Shown here piece by piece: positions 15,762 to 24,687 of a stretch of DNA of 38,891 nucleotides. The notes beneath the pieces were generated by a model. That model was given only the letters and a program-made list of their open reading frames with translations, ran no database searches and had not been told where the DNA came from. This DNA comes from a virus. Its lineage: Duplodnaviria; Caudoviricetes. Position 1 is the stretch's first letter. Every line of letters begins with the position of its first letter. The stretch covers positions 1 to 38,891 of IMG/VR virus record IMGVR_UViG_3300049042_000257; one strand, given 5' to 3'. The position numbers and the translations under genes were made by a program.

Positions 15762-16350
15762 GTCGCTGATTAAGCACGGCTGGTCGATCTGCCTGTTTAA
15801 CGGGCGGCTCGTCGACGTGCAGAACGCGGCTGACGGCGACATTGATATTGATTCAATCGCCCAGTCGCTGAGCCTTCAGTGCCGTTATATGGGTCACATT
15901 CGCCACCACTACTCAGTGGCGCAGCATCTGTGCTACGTCAGCGACATGGTGGCAATGGAGCTTGGCTGTTGCCGGGCAGCGTTTGCCGGGTTGATCCACG
16001 ACTTCCCGGAGGGGATGCTGCACGATCTCGTGCGGGGCGTCAAGGTAGGCATCTCTGAGGGCACGGACGTTTACGACAAGGCGGAGGGTGCGATCATGGA
16101 TCGCATCGCCCGCCTGTCTGGCCTGGACGACTACGGGGACTATCACGACATCGTCAAGAAGTGGGACAACCGCGTCCTGAAGTCGGAAGTCCTTGCCCTC
16201 ACGAACTCGAGCCCTGAGTGGCTCGAGTTGCTGAGCCAGATCGACGAGGCACCGCTTGAGGTCGATCCTTGGAGTCCCGCCTGGGCCAAGGAGAAGCTGC
16301 TGAAGAAGTATTACGAATTCGTAAGTTTAATCAAGATGGGGGTGATTTAG
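15754..16350 (+). CDS. HD-domain phosphohydrolase (YfbR/YfdR-like)
   Basis: LSLQCRYMGH, YSVAQH, LIHDFPE; start 15754 (TTG) or 15709 (ATG). Confidence 0.85.
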   Translation: MDKSLIKHGWSICLFNGRLVDVQNAADGDIDIDSIAQSLSLQCRYMGHIRHHYSVAQHLCYVSDMVAMELGCCRAAFAGLIHDFPEGMLHDLVRGVKVGISEGTDVYDKAEGAIMDRIARLSGLDDYGDYHDIVKKWDNRVLKSEVLALTNSSPEWLELLSQIDEAPLEVDPWSPAWAKEKLLKKYYEFVSLIKMGVI

Positions 16351-16931
16351 TGAGCGATGGCATTGGAATGACGCAGCACGCGACGGGGGCTGTGCGCAGC
16401 AGCGATGCCGACAGCGTTCGGTTTGACCTGATTTCTCCAATTGCGTTTATGCGGGTCATGTCGTACTGTCGGGCGAGACCTGTTCGCAGTGGAGACGCAG
16501 CAAGCGAGAAGTGCCTAGTGCGGGACGCGCTGCTCCTGTGCTTTGCAGCTATGGAGGGGGAATGGGAGTCTAGTTTGCTAGAGAACGCAGCAGACTGTCT
16601 GCTGGAGGCTCTGGCGAGACAGGATTTAGGCGAAGCGTATGTTCCGATTGCAGGTATACTTCCGTTTCACGGAGTTCAACGCCTTGCCGAGACGTATCAC
16701 GAGGGTGCCGTTAAATATTCCGATTTCAACTGGGAGCGGGGATTTGATATAGGGTGCCTGCTTAACCACGGGGTTCGTCACTTAATGATGTGGCTGAGCG
16801 GTGATCGATCAGAAGACCACCTGTCGCACGCCTGTTGGAATGTCTTCGCGGCGATCCACAGCTACCATAAATGGCCCGATCTCAACGTCGGCAAGATCAG
16901 GGGGCCGGGATGCAAGCCGCCGACGAAGTAG
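16350..16931 (+). CDS. DUF5664-like dATP/dGTP diphosphohydrolase domain protein
   Basis: TGAVRS, RFDLISP, GAVKYSDFNWERG, EDHLSHACWN. Confidence 0.8.
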   Translation: MSDGIGMTQHATGAVRSSDADSVRFDLISPIAFMRVMSYCRARPVRSGDAASEKCLVRDALLLCFAAMEGEWESSLLENAADCLLEALARQDLGEAYVPIAGILPFHGVQRLAETYHEGAVKYSDFNWERGFDIGCLLNHGVRHLMMWLSGDRSEDHLSHACWNVFAAIHSYHKWPDLNVGKIRGPGCKPPTK

Positions 16932-17458
16932 GCAAGGTGTGCGGCAAGTGCAAAGTAATCAAGCCGCTTTGCGAGTTTTATCTTAGAAACGGGGCCAAGG
17001 ACGGTCGCAAGGGGCAATGTAAGGAGTGTTGTCGACAGGGCCATCGCGACTGGAAGCGAAGGAATCGCCCGGTCGTCAACGAGTTGTCTCGTAGTTACAG
17101 GAAAAGAAATCGCAGTATCCTTCGAGAGCGACATGCCGAACGGGCAAAGATTCACGGAGTGGCGATGGCCGAGTATCGCAGGCGATGGAATCTTGCGAAA
17201 AGGTATGGCATTACGGTCGAGGACTTCTTCGACATCCTTGACACGCAGGGCGGGGTATGCGGCATTTGCGACAGGCATCTGGCCAAGGGGTCGCGTAACG
17301 CATGTGTAGATCACTGTCACAAGACAGGGAGGGTTCGCGGAGTATTGTGCGTTAGCTGCAACGTGGCGCTAGGGAAGTTCAAGGATTCAAAAGAGGGGCT
17401 GCTCAGGGCAATTGACTATCTGGAAAGGTCGGAAAATGCAGCAAAAAAAGCGGTATAA
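16910..17458 (+). CDS. Endonuclease VII-like (His-Me) nuclease, possibly homing
   Basis: CGKC..CKEC Zn ribbon; YGIT, CGIC, VDHCHKTGRVRGVLCVSCNVALG. Confidence 0.9.
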   Translation: MQAADEVGKVCGKCKVIKPLCEFYLRNGAKDGRKGQCKECCRQGHRDWKRRNRPVVNELSRSYRKRNRSILRERHAERAKIHGVAMAEYRRRWNLAKRYGITVEDFFDILDTQGGVCGICDRHLAKGSRNACVDHCHKTGRVRGVLCVSCNVALGKFKDSKEGLLRAIDYLERSENAAKKAV

Positions 17459-17615
17459 ACCGCAGCAAATCCTTGCTTATTTGACTAGCGAGATTGGCTA
17501 CAAAAACAAGCTGTCGATCTCAGTTCAGAAGCTGGAGGACTTTTTAGCCAGAAACGCAACCATGAGTTTAAGGCTTTTGCGGTCTGGCGACAAGGTCATT
17601 TCTCTGGTTGAATAA
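17436..17615 (+). CDS. Small hypothetical protein
   Basis: ATG 17436 with AAAGG upstream; last gene before the structural module. Confidence 0.55.
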   Translation: MQQKKRYKPQQILAYLTSEIGYKNKLSISVQKLEDFLARNATMSLRLLRSGDKVISLVE

Positions 17616-17703
17616 AAATTCTCGCGGGGGTTGGGTTACATTGCGTACCTGTAAGCCTGTACAGTACAGGCACGCATGAATCCACTCCACGCGAGATTTT
17701 TTT
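17614..17703. promoter_or_regulatory. Long imperfect inverted repeat at the early/late boundary
   Basis: AAAAATTCTCGCG...CGCGAGATTTTT flanking TGCGT/ACGCA and the palindrome GCCTGTAC-A-GTACAGGC (17655-17671). Confidence 0.55.
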
Positions 17704-17704
17704 G

Positions 17705-18874
17705 ATGTTCCCTGGTGACGACGGCGATAGTGATGACGGCGGCGGTGACTTCAATCTTGAATCGGAACTCCTTGCGGAGTTGACAGGCAAGCCCACCGCG
17801 TCAGGCGGGGGCGACGATTCCGAAGCGCCAGAAGAGAAGCCGCCTTCCCTCCGCTCGACGATGGCCCGTGGCGAAGTCACGGTTGACGACGACGAGCAGG
17901 AAACCTCTGAATTCCCATCGCCAGTTGGCGACGAAGAGGACGAGGAAGAGGAAGTAGCCGACGAGCCGGAAGTCGCGGAAACGCCTCCGACTGAGCAGGA
18001 AGTCCTTGACATCTTCGCGGAAGCGCGGGCTCAAGGGCTGGATTTAAGCTCCAAATACAAAACGCCCAAAGACGCTCTTAATGGCTTGCTTAACGCAACC
18101 CGTCTCGTTGGGCAACGCAATCAGCTAGCCATCCTTGGCGAGCGACTGGCAACCGACCCGCTCGGTGTGTACCAGGAAATGAAGGCAAAGCTCGAGCCAC
18201 ATGTCAATGTGGAGCGAGCACCGGAAGTCAAGAAGCCGCAGCCCGGTGACGCACCGGAATACAACCCAGACTGGGCCGATGCGTTCGATGACACGGGTAA
18301 GCTCCTTCCCGGCGCTGACCCGACGATTCCTGGCAAGGTCGAGAAGTACAGTCGGTTCATTCAAGAGCGTGCTCGCAAGTTTGCTCACGACCCTGTGGGC
18401 GAGCTTATGCCGCTGCTCGAAAAGCAGATCGACGCCAGGGCGCAGGCCAAGGCGGCGGAGCTACTCGATCAGTACAGCTACCGCCAGCAAGTGGAACGCC
18501 AGCAAGCAGAGGTCTTTGATTCCGCTCATCGCCTGATTAACGAAGAATCATCCTGGATTTTCGTTGACGGCGACAAGGCCAAGGGGCCGTCGGAGCAGGG
18601 CAAAGTCTTCCACAAGTGGCTTCAGATCACGGAAACTCCTGACCACACCGGCGAGCTTCCGATCAAAGACATGTACATGCGGAAGGAGTTCGCCAAGGCG
18701 ATGGCCAAGCAAGAGCTTGGTTTACTTGCCGAGGCTAATGCAGCACCTTCGCGTAAGACTCAGCAACAAAAAATCGCAAAGAAGCCAAGCAAGGCTTCAC
18801 GCGAACCCACAGACAAGAACTGGCCCGCCGACCTGACTCTAGAAGAGGCACTGGCACGCGCGCTGGATAAATAG
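17705..18874 (+). CDS. Putative capsid scaffolding protein
   Basis: Very acidic low-complexity N-terminus, helical middle, short C-terminal helix; directly before MCP. Confidence 0.7.
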   Translation: MFPGDDGDSDDGGGDFNLESELLAELTGKPTASGGGDDSEAPEEKPPSLRSTMARGEVTVDDDEQETSEFPSPVGDEEDEEEEVADEPEVAETPPTEQEVLDIFAEARAQGLDLSSKYKTPKDALNGLLNATRLVGQRNQLAILGERLATDPLGVYQEMKAKLEPHVNVERAPEVKKPQPGDAPEYNPDWADAFDDTGKLLPGADPTIPGKVEKYSRFIQERARKFAHDPVGELMPLLEKQIDARAQAKAAELLDQYSYRQQVERQQAEVFDSAHRLINEESSWIFVDGDKAKGPSEQGKVFHKWLQITETPDHTGELPIKDMYMRKEFAKAMAKQELGLLAEANAAPSRKTQQQKIAKKPSKASREPTDKNWPADLTLEEALARALDK

Positions 18875-19032
18875 CATTTGCTGTTCGGACTGCGGTTTAG
18901 TGGAGGCCGCAGTTAGTTCAGCGTCGGCGGCGAGAATTGGACACCCGCATTGCGGCCCATGACTCGCGGTCGATTTTTCTCTCCACGATCTCCGCGATTA
19001 CTAAAAGCATTCATTTTTCGAGGATATAGCAT

Positions 19033-20118
19033 ATGGCCTTCGGACAGAACGCCTACCATGCCAGTATCACGATCAATAAGTACATTCGCAAAGAGACCGT
19101 GGCGATCATGCGCAAGCGTATCCTGCTTGCCATGCTTCAAAGCAAAGGTCGCGTGACCAACAACATGAGCGGTAAGCTCATCGATTGGAAGGTCAAGTAC
19201 AAGCGAAGTCCTATGTCGCCGTTCTCGGATGGCGACTCGATTGTGTTTACGAAGCAGAACAAGCACAAGACCGCTCAGTTGGACATGCGCGCCTACACCG
19301 TGGAGCAATCCATGAACAAGGGCGACAAGTTGATGAACTCGGGTAACGAGGCCATCATCAAGAAGTACAGCGCAATGGTGAAGGATGGTCTCGAAGACAT
19401 CCGCGACCAGTTCGCTGAGCAGTTGATTCAAGTGGACGGGAACTCGGCCGGTAACACGGACCGGATTCACGGCCTCGAATCGGTCTTCAGCGCAACCGAC
19501 AACGCTTCGGCGCTGGTCGGCACGAACAACGACACCTACGCTGGCTTGAGCACCGCTCGCGGTACTTACGGCGGCTCGTGGACCGGGACGTGGCCTGACG
19601 GCTACGGCGACAGCCAGTACGACTTCTGGACGCCGCTCGTCACGAACTACAACTCGGTGCTTGCGGCAGCCAGCGGTGGCTGGTCGCCGACCACGAAGAC
19701 GTGGGCGAACACCTGTGTTGAAGCCCTCCGCTTCAGCATCATCAACACGCAACGGAACGCCGACGACCTCGACTTGTTCTTGCTCGAAAAGAACTTGTAT
19801 CGTCAGTTCCTGGATAAAGCCGACGACAGCGAGCGACTCGTTGTTGAGCGGAACCAGGACGTCGGCATGACGAAGCTCGGCTTCCGTGGTGTCAACGTCG
19901 ACGGCGTTGATATCTACTGGGAAGTCGGCGTCCCGTCGGGCGTAGGCTACGGCCTGTGCTTGGACGAGATGGAACTGATGTCGTGGCAAGATCAGTTGTT
20001 CAAGTCCAGCACGGACTTCAATCTCGAAACGGTCTCCGACCGAGTCTTGATTGACTTCTACGGGAACTTGAAGCTGACGTCGCCGCGTGCGTTCTGCAAG
20101 CTGGCAGCCCTGGCGTAA
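19033..20118 (+). CDS. Major capsid protein
   Basis: 361 aa, GAGG RBS, strongly biased codons, follows scaffold-like gene, followed by a terminator; capsid-like segments (DGNSAG..IHGL, FYGNL..PR). Confidence 0.8.
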   Translation: MAFGQNAYHASITINKYIRKETVAIMRKRILLAMLQSKGRVTNNMSGKLIDWKVKYKRSPMSPFSDGDSIVFTKQNKHKTAQLDMRAYTVEQSMNKGDKLMNSGNEAIIKKYSAMVKDGLEDIRDQFAEQLIQVDGNSAGNTDRIHGLESVFSATDNASALVGTNNDTYAGLSTARGTYGGSWTGTWPDGYGDSQYDFWTPLVTNYNSVLAAASGGWSPTTKTWANTCVEALRFSIINTQRNADDLDLFLLEKNLYRQFLDKADDSERLVVERNQDVGMTKLGFRGVNVDGVDIYWEVGVPSGVGYGLCLDEMELMSWQDQLFKSSTDFNLETVSDRVLIDFYGNLKLTSPRAFCKLAALA

Positions 20119-20126
20119 GCCTAAGT

Positions 20127-20157
20127 CGCCGGGGGACTTGAAATCCCCCGGCGTTTT
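20127..20157 (+). terminator. Rho-independent terminator after MCP
   Basis: CGCCGGGGGA/TCCCCCGGCG then TTTT. Confidence 0.85.
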
Positions 20158-20183
20158 ACAACCAACCATCAAAGAGAAAAACT

Positions 20184-20744
20184 ATGTCGCGTGACAATGA
20201 TCTTCCGTTTCAACGCGGAAGTACCTACTGCGATGGCGATTCGGCGCTGCTGACTCAACTCGGCACCGACGGCCACGCCCTCGAAGGCGCAGTCTACCTG
20301 ACGAAAGACCCGATCTCGGGTCTGGACCAGCGACTGATCGTCCTGAAAAACCGACACTCGACCACCATCGCTGGTGGCCGGGGTGTCTTGCCGCTTGCTG
20401 CGTATCTCGGTCGTCGGACCGGTGATTACGTCGGCACTGCCGGTGCCTTTGGCTTTATCGTGGACCCGGAGTATTTGCGACAGGGCGTCACGATTGCCGT
20501 GAACGATCTGTACTACGCAATCTTCGACGGGTTCGTGTCCAACGTCCGCTTGGGTGCGACTAGCTCGACTGACTTCGGGGCCATGTGCTTCGATTCGGCT
20601 GGCTACCTCATCCCGGTCGGTGCGACGGACCCGGCCCACATCGTCTGCCGTGCGGCGCAAGCTGTCACGTCGACGGGCCAAGGCAATGAAGATGTTGACG
20701 TTCAGGTTGGTGGACCGTACGCAAACGGTTACTACTCGACCTAG
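20184..20744 (+). CDS. Putative capsid decoration/cement protein
   Basis: Position after MCP, Gly/Ala/Thr-rich beta-type composition. Confidence 0.6.
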   Translation: MSRDNDLPFQRGSTYCDGDSALLTQLGTDGHALEGAVYLTKDPISGLDQRLIVLKNRHSTTIAGGRGVLPLAAYLGRRTGDYVGTAGAFGFIVDPEYLRQGVTIAVNDLYYAIFDGFVSNVRLGATSSTDFGAMCFDSAGYLIPVGATDPAHIVCRAAQAVTSTGQGNEDVDVQVGGPYANGYYST

Positions 20745-20750
20745 GCAATA

Positions 20751-20799
20751 GCGTGATCCCGGCCAACGACCCCTCCTCGTTGGCCGGGTGATCGCGTTT
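20751..20799 (+). terminator. Terminator-like hairpin
   Basis: CCCGGCCAACGA/TCGTTGGCCGGG with extendable base, then TTT. Confidence 0.6.
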
Positions 20800-20801
20800 C
20801 T

Positions 20802-21176
20802 ATGCAAGATAGAAATCGAAACACAATCCCGCCGGAGCTTGAGAGCTTATTCAAAGAAGCCAAATCCATCAGGAAATGGCTGACGAGAATGAAGCAACAG
20901 CTAATCGGCTTTCGCTACATCCGAGGATACTTCAAGTCCGAACTGGGACTCGAAGCAGACGACGTTGTGCGAACGATTGACATGGTACTAGACCGCATTC
21001 GCATGAACCTACCGGATTTAATCTGCGCTCAGTGCGCTGGTCCGAGGAAGTGCAAGTGCAATGGGAGGGGCTGGCTGACCGCCTGCCAAACTGTTAGATG
21101 GGCCGAAAGACGCCGCCGAGCTCAAGATACCTCGGGACCAGATACATCACAGACGGCAGGCAGCGAGGCGTCGTAA
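20802..21176 (+). CDS. Hypothetical protein with Cys cluster
   Basis: CAQC...CKCNGRGW. Confidence 0.65.
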   Translation: MQDRNRNTIPPELESLFKEAKSIRKWLTRMKQQLIGFRYIRGYFKSELGLEADDVVRTIDMVLDRIRMNLPDLICAQCAGPRKCKCNGRGWLTACQTVRWAERRRRAQDTSGPDTSQTAGSEAS

Positions 21177-21430
21177 GACTCACAGACGATCAGTTTGTGC
21201 ATCTCGTCGACATACTCTCTAACCGCAAGTTCAAGATTCACTTCTCCCAGGCTCGTCGCATGACGGCAGCCGAGGTTGAGGAGTACAACGAAACTCCTGC
21301 GGTCGGCGATCCAACTCCTCGCGAGATCGCCATGCGTACAGCGGAACTTCGCGCTCAGTGGAGCGAGAAGGCACGGCTGCGACACATATCCCCTCTCGAA
21401 ATATTCATCCTAGCCGAAAAGGTGTTGTAA
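21098..21430 (+). CDS. Hypothetical protein
   Basis: ORF coupled to next gene (TAATG); DPTPREI..R...LRAQW segment. Confidence 0.65.
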   Translation: MGRKTPPSSRYLGTRYITDGRQRGVVRLTDDQFVHLVDILSNRKFKIHFSQARRMTAAEVEEYNETPAVGDPTPREIAMRTAELRAQWSEKARLRHISPLEIFILAEKVL

Positions 21431-21645
21431 TGGGTTCCCCGAGATTTCAGTTGTGGTGGAGTGATGCGGCCCCGGTCCTCAAGAAAGGCGGGTTCGCGGC
21501 GGTTGCTGCATTCCTCTCGGTCGGCATTGCGCCGCTCGTCGGAGTGACGGTCGACCACGCTCCGATGTTCACGATCCTAGCCGGTGCCGCCGGTGCCGCG
21601 ATCCAAGTTGCCATCGAATTCTTCACCGACAAGAGCAAGGTCTAG
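21430..21645 (+). CDS. Two-TM holin-like membrane protein
   Basis: 71 aa, two hydrophobic helices, basic C-tail. Confidence 0.6.
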   Translation: MGSPRFQLWWSDAAPVLKKGGFAAVAAFLSVGIAPLVGVTVDHAPMFTILAGAAGAAIQVAIEFFTDKSKV

Positions 21646-21647
21646 TC

Positions 21648-22457
21648 ATGAAACCGTGGGTCAAGACGTATCTGGGGCCGGTGCTGGCATTCATTGCCGC
21701 AACGGCCATCTCGCAGTTCTATCCTGAAGTCTTCAATGGCGGCAAGGACGTTCCGGTCAACCCGGAAGTTCCGGCCGTCGTCGAGACGATTGTTGCACCG
21801 GTGTCACCGATTGTGTCCGGGTATCCGGCTGTATTCCAGGCTCCGGCCGGTATGCGTCAGACTCGCGGGCACTGGCGCGTCATCGTGCGCGATGCCGTGA
21901 AATCGGACCCGGCGTTCCAGGAGATCGAGCACGGCACCGCCGACGAGAAGCGGTCACTAATCGTGCTCAATACGTCCGATCCGTGTACGGCAGTCGTCAG
22001 CGTTAGCGGCGTTAAAGAAGATGGAACCGCAGTACGCTACGACATTCCCATCGAGATTACGAAGACGAAGCCAGCGCCGCCTGTTCCGCCCGGTCCGGGG
22101 CCGGGGCCGGGTCCAGGCCCGACGCCTCCGGTTCCGCCTGTCGTCATTGTCGACGGTCCCAAGGAACTCGTTATCGTCCGCGAGTCTAGCGAAGTTGATC
22201 CCGCACTGAACTCCGTGTTTACGCGACTTCGCACTGGCGCTGTCGACAAGTACATCGTCGGCAAGAAGGTCAACCTGACCATCATTGACGACGACGACGA
22301 AGGCGTCTCGGCGTGGGTCGCTGCGGTCGGGCAGGAGAACACTCCCGGAATTGCAGTCATCGACGTCAAGGGAAATAAAGTCCTTGGCGTTCTCAAGGTA
22401 ACCAAAGACACCTCGGATGCAGAGGTTCTCAAATTCATTCAAGGGTACGGCGTATGA
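21648..22457 (+). CDS. Membrane-anchored/secreted protein with Pro-Gly linker
   Basis: N-terminal hydrophobic helix; PAPPVPPGPGPGPGPGPTPPVPP linker between two domains. Confidence 0.8.
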   Translation: MKPWVKTYLGPVLAFIAATAISQFYPEVFNGGKDVPVNPEVPAVVETIVAPVSPIVSGYPAVFQAPAGMRQTRGHWRVIVRDAVKSDPAFQEIEHGTADEKRSLIVLNTSDPCTAVVSVSGVKEDGTAVRYDIPIEITKTKPAPPVPPGPGPGPGPGPTPPVPPVVIVDGPKELVIVRESSEVDPALNSVFTRLRTGAVDKYIVGKKVNLTIIDDDDEGVSAWVAAVGQENTPGIAVIDVKGNKVLGVLKVTKDTSDAEVLKFIQGYGV

Positions 22458-23254
22458 GCTTTGACGACCAGTTCCTAGACTACGACTTCACGAAAGACCC
22501 GAACTACGTCCCTGGCGATCTCGGGCTGCTGCTCGCGGATCGCGGCGGGCTGTGCGGCGCTTCGTACGAAGACGTCGAGAAGATTCTGACGGACTCGGAA
22601 ATCGACGCTGCCATTGATATGCTGGAGAGCACCGGCACTGGCTGCGAGAACCTCGTAACTCGCATTTTCAACCAATCCAGAGAAGGCAGCTGCGTTGCCA
22701 ACGCTTTTGGACAGGCACACGAAAATCGGCAGGCATTGCAGTTCGGCAAGAACCGAGTGACTCCCGTCTCGCCGATGAGCCTGTACAAGCGCATCGGTCG
22801 GTCTGCCAGCAGCGGTGCGTACGTCGGCGACGGCATCAAGGAACTGACGAGTCGTGGAATTCTCCCGCTCGACACGCCCGAGAATCGCGCGAAGTTCGGC
22901 GATCACGTCATGTCGCACACTGGCTTCAGTCAGCGGATGCCCGCAGGCTGGGAGTCGACGGCAAAGTTGTTTGCCGGTGGCGAGTACCACATCGTCGAGT
23001 CGTTGCGAGGCATTTTCACCGCACTCGTCAATCAACACCCGGTCATTGTCGGTCGGCAGGGCCACTCGATCTGCTACCTGCGCCCGGTCGGCATGGGCCG
23101 CAATCGCCGGGTACTCTACGTCAACTCGTGGGGCAACTGGGGTTCGGCTGCCGGTGACTTCGACTACGGTTTCGGGTTCGACTCACTCAACGCAATCAAG
23201 CAGTCGGCCAATTGGGCTGTTGCTCTGCGTACTGTAAAGGCGGTGCAACTGTGA
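22454..23254 (+). CDS. Papain-like (C1) cysteine peptidase
   Basis: NQSREGSCVAN (oxyanion Q, catalytic C), GHSI, NSWG. Confidence 0.88.
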   Translation: MSFDDQFLDYDFTKDPNYVPGDLGLLLADRGGLCGASYEDVEKILTDSEIDAAIDMLESTGTGCENLVTRIFNQSREGSCVANAFGQAHENRQALQFGKNRVTPVSPMSLYKRIGRSASSGAYVGDGIKELTSRGILPLDTPENRAKFGDHVMSHTGFSQRMPAGWESTAKLFAGGEYHIVESLRGIFTALVNQHPVIVGRQGHSICYLRPVGMGRNRRVLYVNSWGNWGSAAGDFDYGFGFDSLNAIKQSANWAVALRTVKAVQL

Positions 23255-23454
23255 CAGACTTCAAAGAAATGAAAGCCATCGGTAAGCTGCGGCACTCCCG
23301 CAAGCTACGCCGGATCGTGCTCGACAAACTGAACGAGCATCTTGCCAAGGAAGGTATCGCGAAGCTGGAGGTCAACCCGGACAAGTGGCTTGAGTTCCTG
23401 GAAGCGATTCTCCCTTACATCAAGATTGTCCTTGCCATCCTTCTAGCACTATGA
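23251..23454 (+). CDS. Small basic protein with hydrophobic C-terminus
   Basis: GTGA coupling; W-LEFLEAILPYIKIVLAILLAL. Confidence 0.7.
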   Translation: MTDFKEMKAIGKLRHSRKLRRIVLDKLNEHLAKEGIAKLEVNPDKWLEFLEAILPYIKIVLAILLAL

Positions 23455-23729
23455 CCAACAGCGAATTACATGAGATCAAGAGCGCGATTGGGGAGCTTTC
23501 AGGGCAGCTTCATGTTTACCAGGAAACACTCACTGGGCGATTGAATAGGCATGAGCATACGATTTACGGAAACGGAAAGCCGGGCCTTGTCGAGCGTCTC
23601 GGGTATATCGAGAGAGACAGTGAGCGGGTAGAGAAAGCCAAGGAGTCGGCGCACAAGTCGATGATCTCGGCAGCGGGCAGCTTTGTCACTGCCGCAGTTA
23701 GCATCATCTGGTCGCTATTAAGGGGCTGA
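23451..23729 (+). CDS. Coiled-coil protein with C-terminal TM (lysis-cassette type)
   Basis: ATGA coupling; YGNGKPGL; hydrophobic tail. Confidence 0.7.
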   Translation: MTNSELHEIKSAIGELSGQLHVYQETLTGRLNRHEHTIYGNGKPGLVERLGYIERDSERVEKAKESAHKSMISAAGSFVTAAVSIIWSLLRG

Positions 23730-23731
23730 AA

Positions 23732-24121
23732 ATGTACGCACTGCTAATGTCGGTCGTTCTGTTGTGCGCCGCACCGGACCATTCCTACAACGACGCAATC
23801 GACGTTCACGATAACACCGGCAAGCCATTGGTCGTGCTAATCCACGCCGACTGGTGTGCCCCGTGTCGGCAGATGCAGATGCACGTCATTCCGAAGGTAC
23901 GCAACCTAGACAAAGCCGCGTACGGCGAGTTGAACTACGACGAGCACACGGATACCGCTCGATCCATGATGAGCGGGGGTAGCGTTCCGCAACTCATTGT
24001 CTATGTCAAGAAGAACGGCGAATACACTAAGACGGTCCACCATGGTTCACGCACCGCAGTTCAGATTGAGGCGATAATCGATGGCGCTTACTTACAGTCT
24101 TTTCCAAAAAGCGATCCTTGA
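23732..24121 (+). CDS. Secreted thioredoxin-like protein
   Basis: Signal-like N-terminus; ADWCAPC active site; SVP cis-Pro loop. Confidence 0.88.
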   Translation: MYALLMSVVLLCAAPDHSYNDAIDVHDNTGKPLVVLIHADWCAPCRQMQMHVIPKVRNLDKAAYGELNYDEHTDTARSMMSGGSVPQLIVYVKKNGEYTKTVHHGSRTAVQIEAIIDGAYLQSFPKSDP

Positions 24122-24422
24122 TTCCTCCGGTCTTGCCGACCGGATCACTGACGTTCTTCGTTATCGAACGATCAACGTCATCATGGCAGTCTGGAATCCA
24201 GGCAAGGAGATTGACGACTCGGACATCGAGGATCGGCTTGGCTTTCAGATGTCAGCCAGGCTAAAGGAGTACGCCGATCGCATTAAGGCGACGGTCAAGA
24301 TTGCGGAGCAAAGCTCGCCGCAATGCGTTGCCGACTTGTTCTACTTCTCGGAAATCGCACGCACTATTGAGGACGCTCGCAGTGAGCATCGACAGACTCA
24401 AAGAGATTATACAGCAGCGTGA
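24081..24422 (+). CDS. Hypothetical protein
   Basis: GAGG upstream; coherent ORF in operon. Confidence 0.65.
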   Translation: MALTYSLFQKAILDSSGLADRITDVLRYRTINVIMAVWNPGKEIDDSDIEDRLGFQMSARLKEYADRIKATVKIAEQSSPQCVADLFYFSEIARTIEDARSEHRQTQRDYTAA

Positions 24423-24687
24423 CCGCACTGCGGACATTCACGCATTCGCTGACGCCGGTCTCAATGCGTTCGGCGGTATCGATGAGCTTATCTCTCAGAT
24501 CAAGCTCCTCTATGACGACGAGCGCACGCAGATTCCGGTGAAGGCGCGGCTCATTGAGATGGTCGTCGACTTCATTAAGGAGTCGTCCAAGACGCGGGTC
24601 GCCGCAGGCGTGGCCGACGGACTGTCTGAGCAGGACTTGGAAAACGCACTCATGGCAATTATGAATGGCAAAAACATTTCTCCTTGA
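24382..24687 (+). CDS. Possible terminase small subunit
   Basis: GAGGA RBS, GTG 24382; helical; directly before TerL; LSEQDL tail; function by position only. Confidence 0.5.
   Translation: MSIDRLKEIIQQRDRTADIHAFADAGLNAFGGIDELISQIKLLYDDERTQIPVKARLIEMVVDFIKESSKTRVAAGVADGLSEQDLENALMAIMNGKNISP

Noticed and set aside
15754-16931. Z-genome (2-aminoadenine) pathway
   Set aside because: HD and dNTP hydrolase-like genes are present, but no PurZ or DpoZ was recognised and an adenine MTase is encoded; cannot be supported from this window
18913-20172. 419-aa minus-strand ORF and other long antisense ORFs (e.g. 6637-7653, 8245-9006)
   Set aside because: Shadows of GC-biased + strand genes; no motifs or RBS; the window is uniformly + strand
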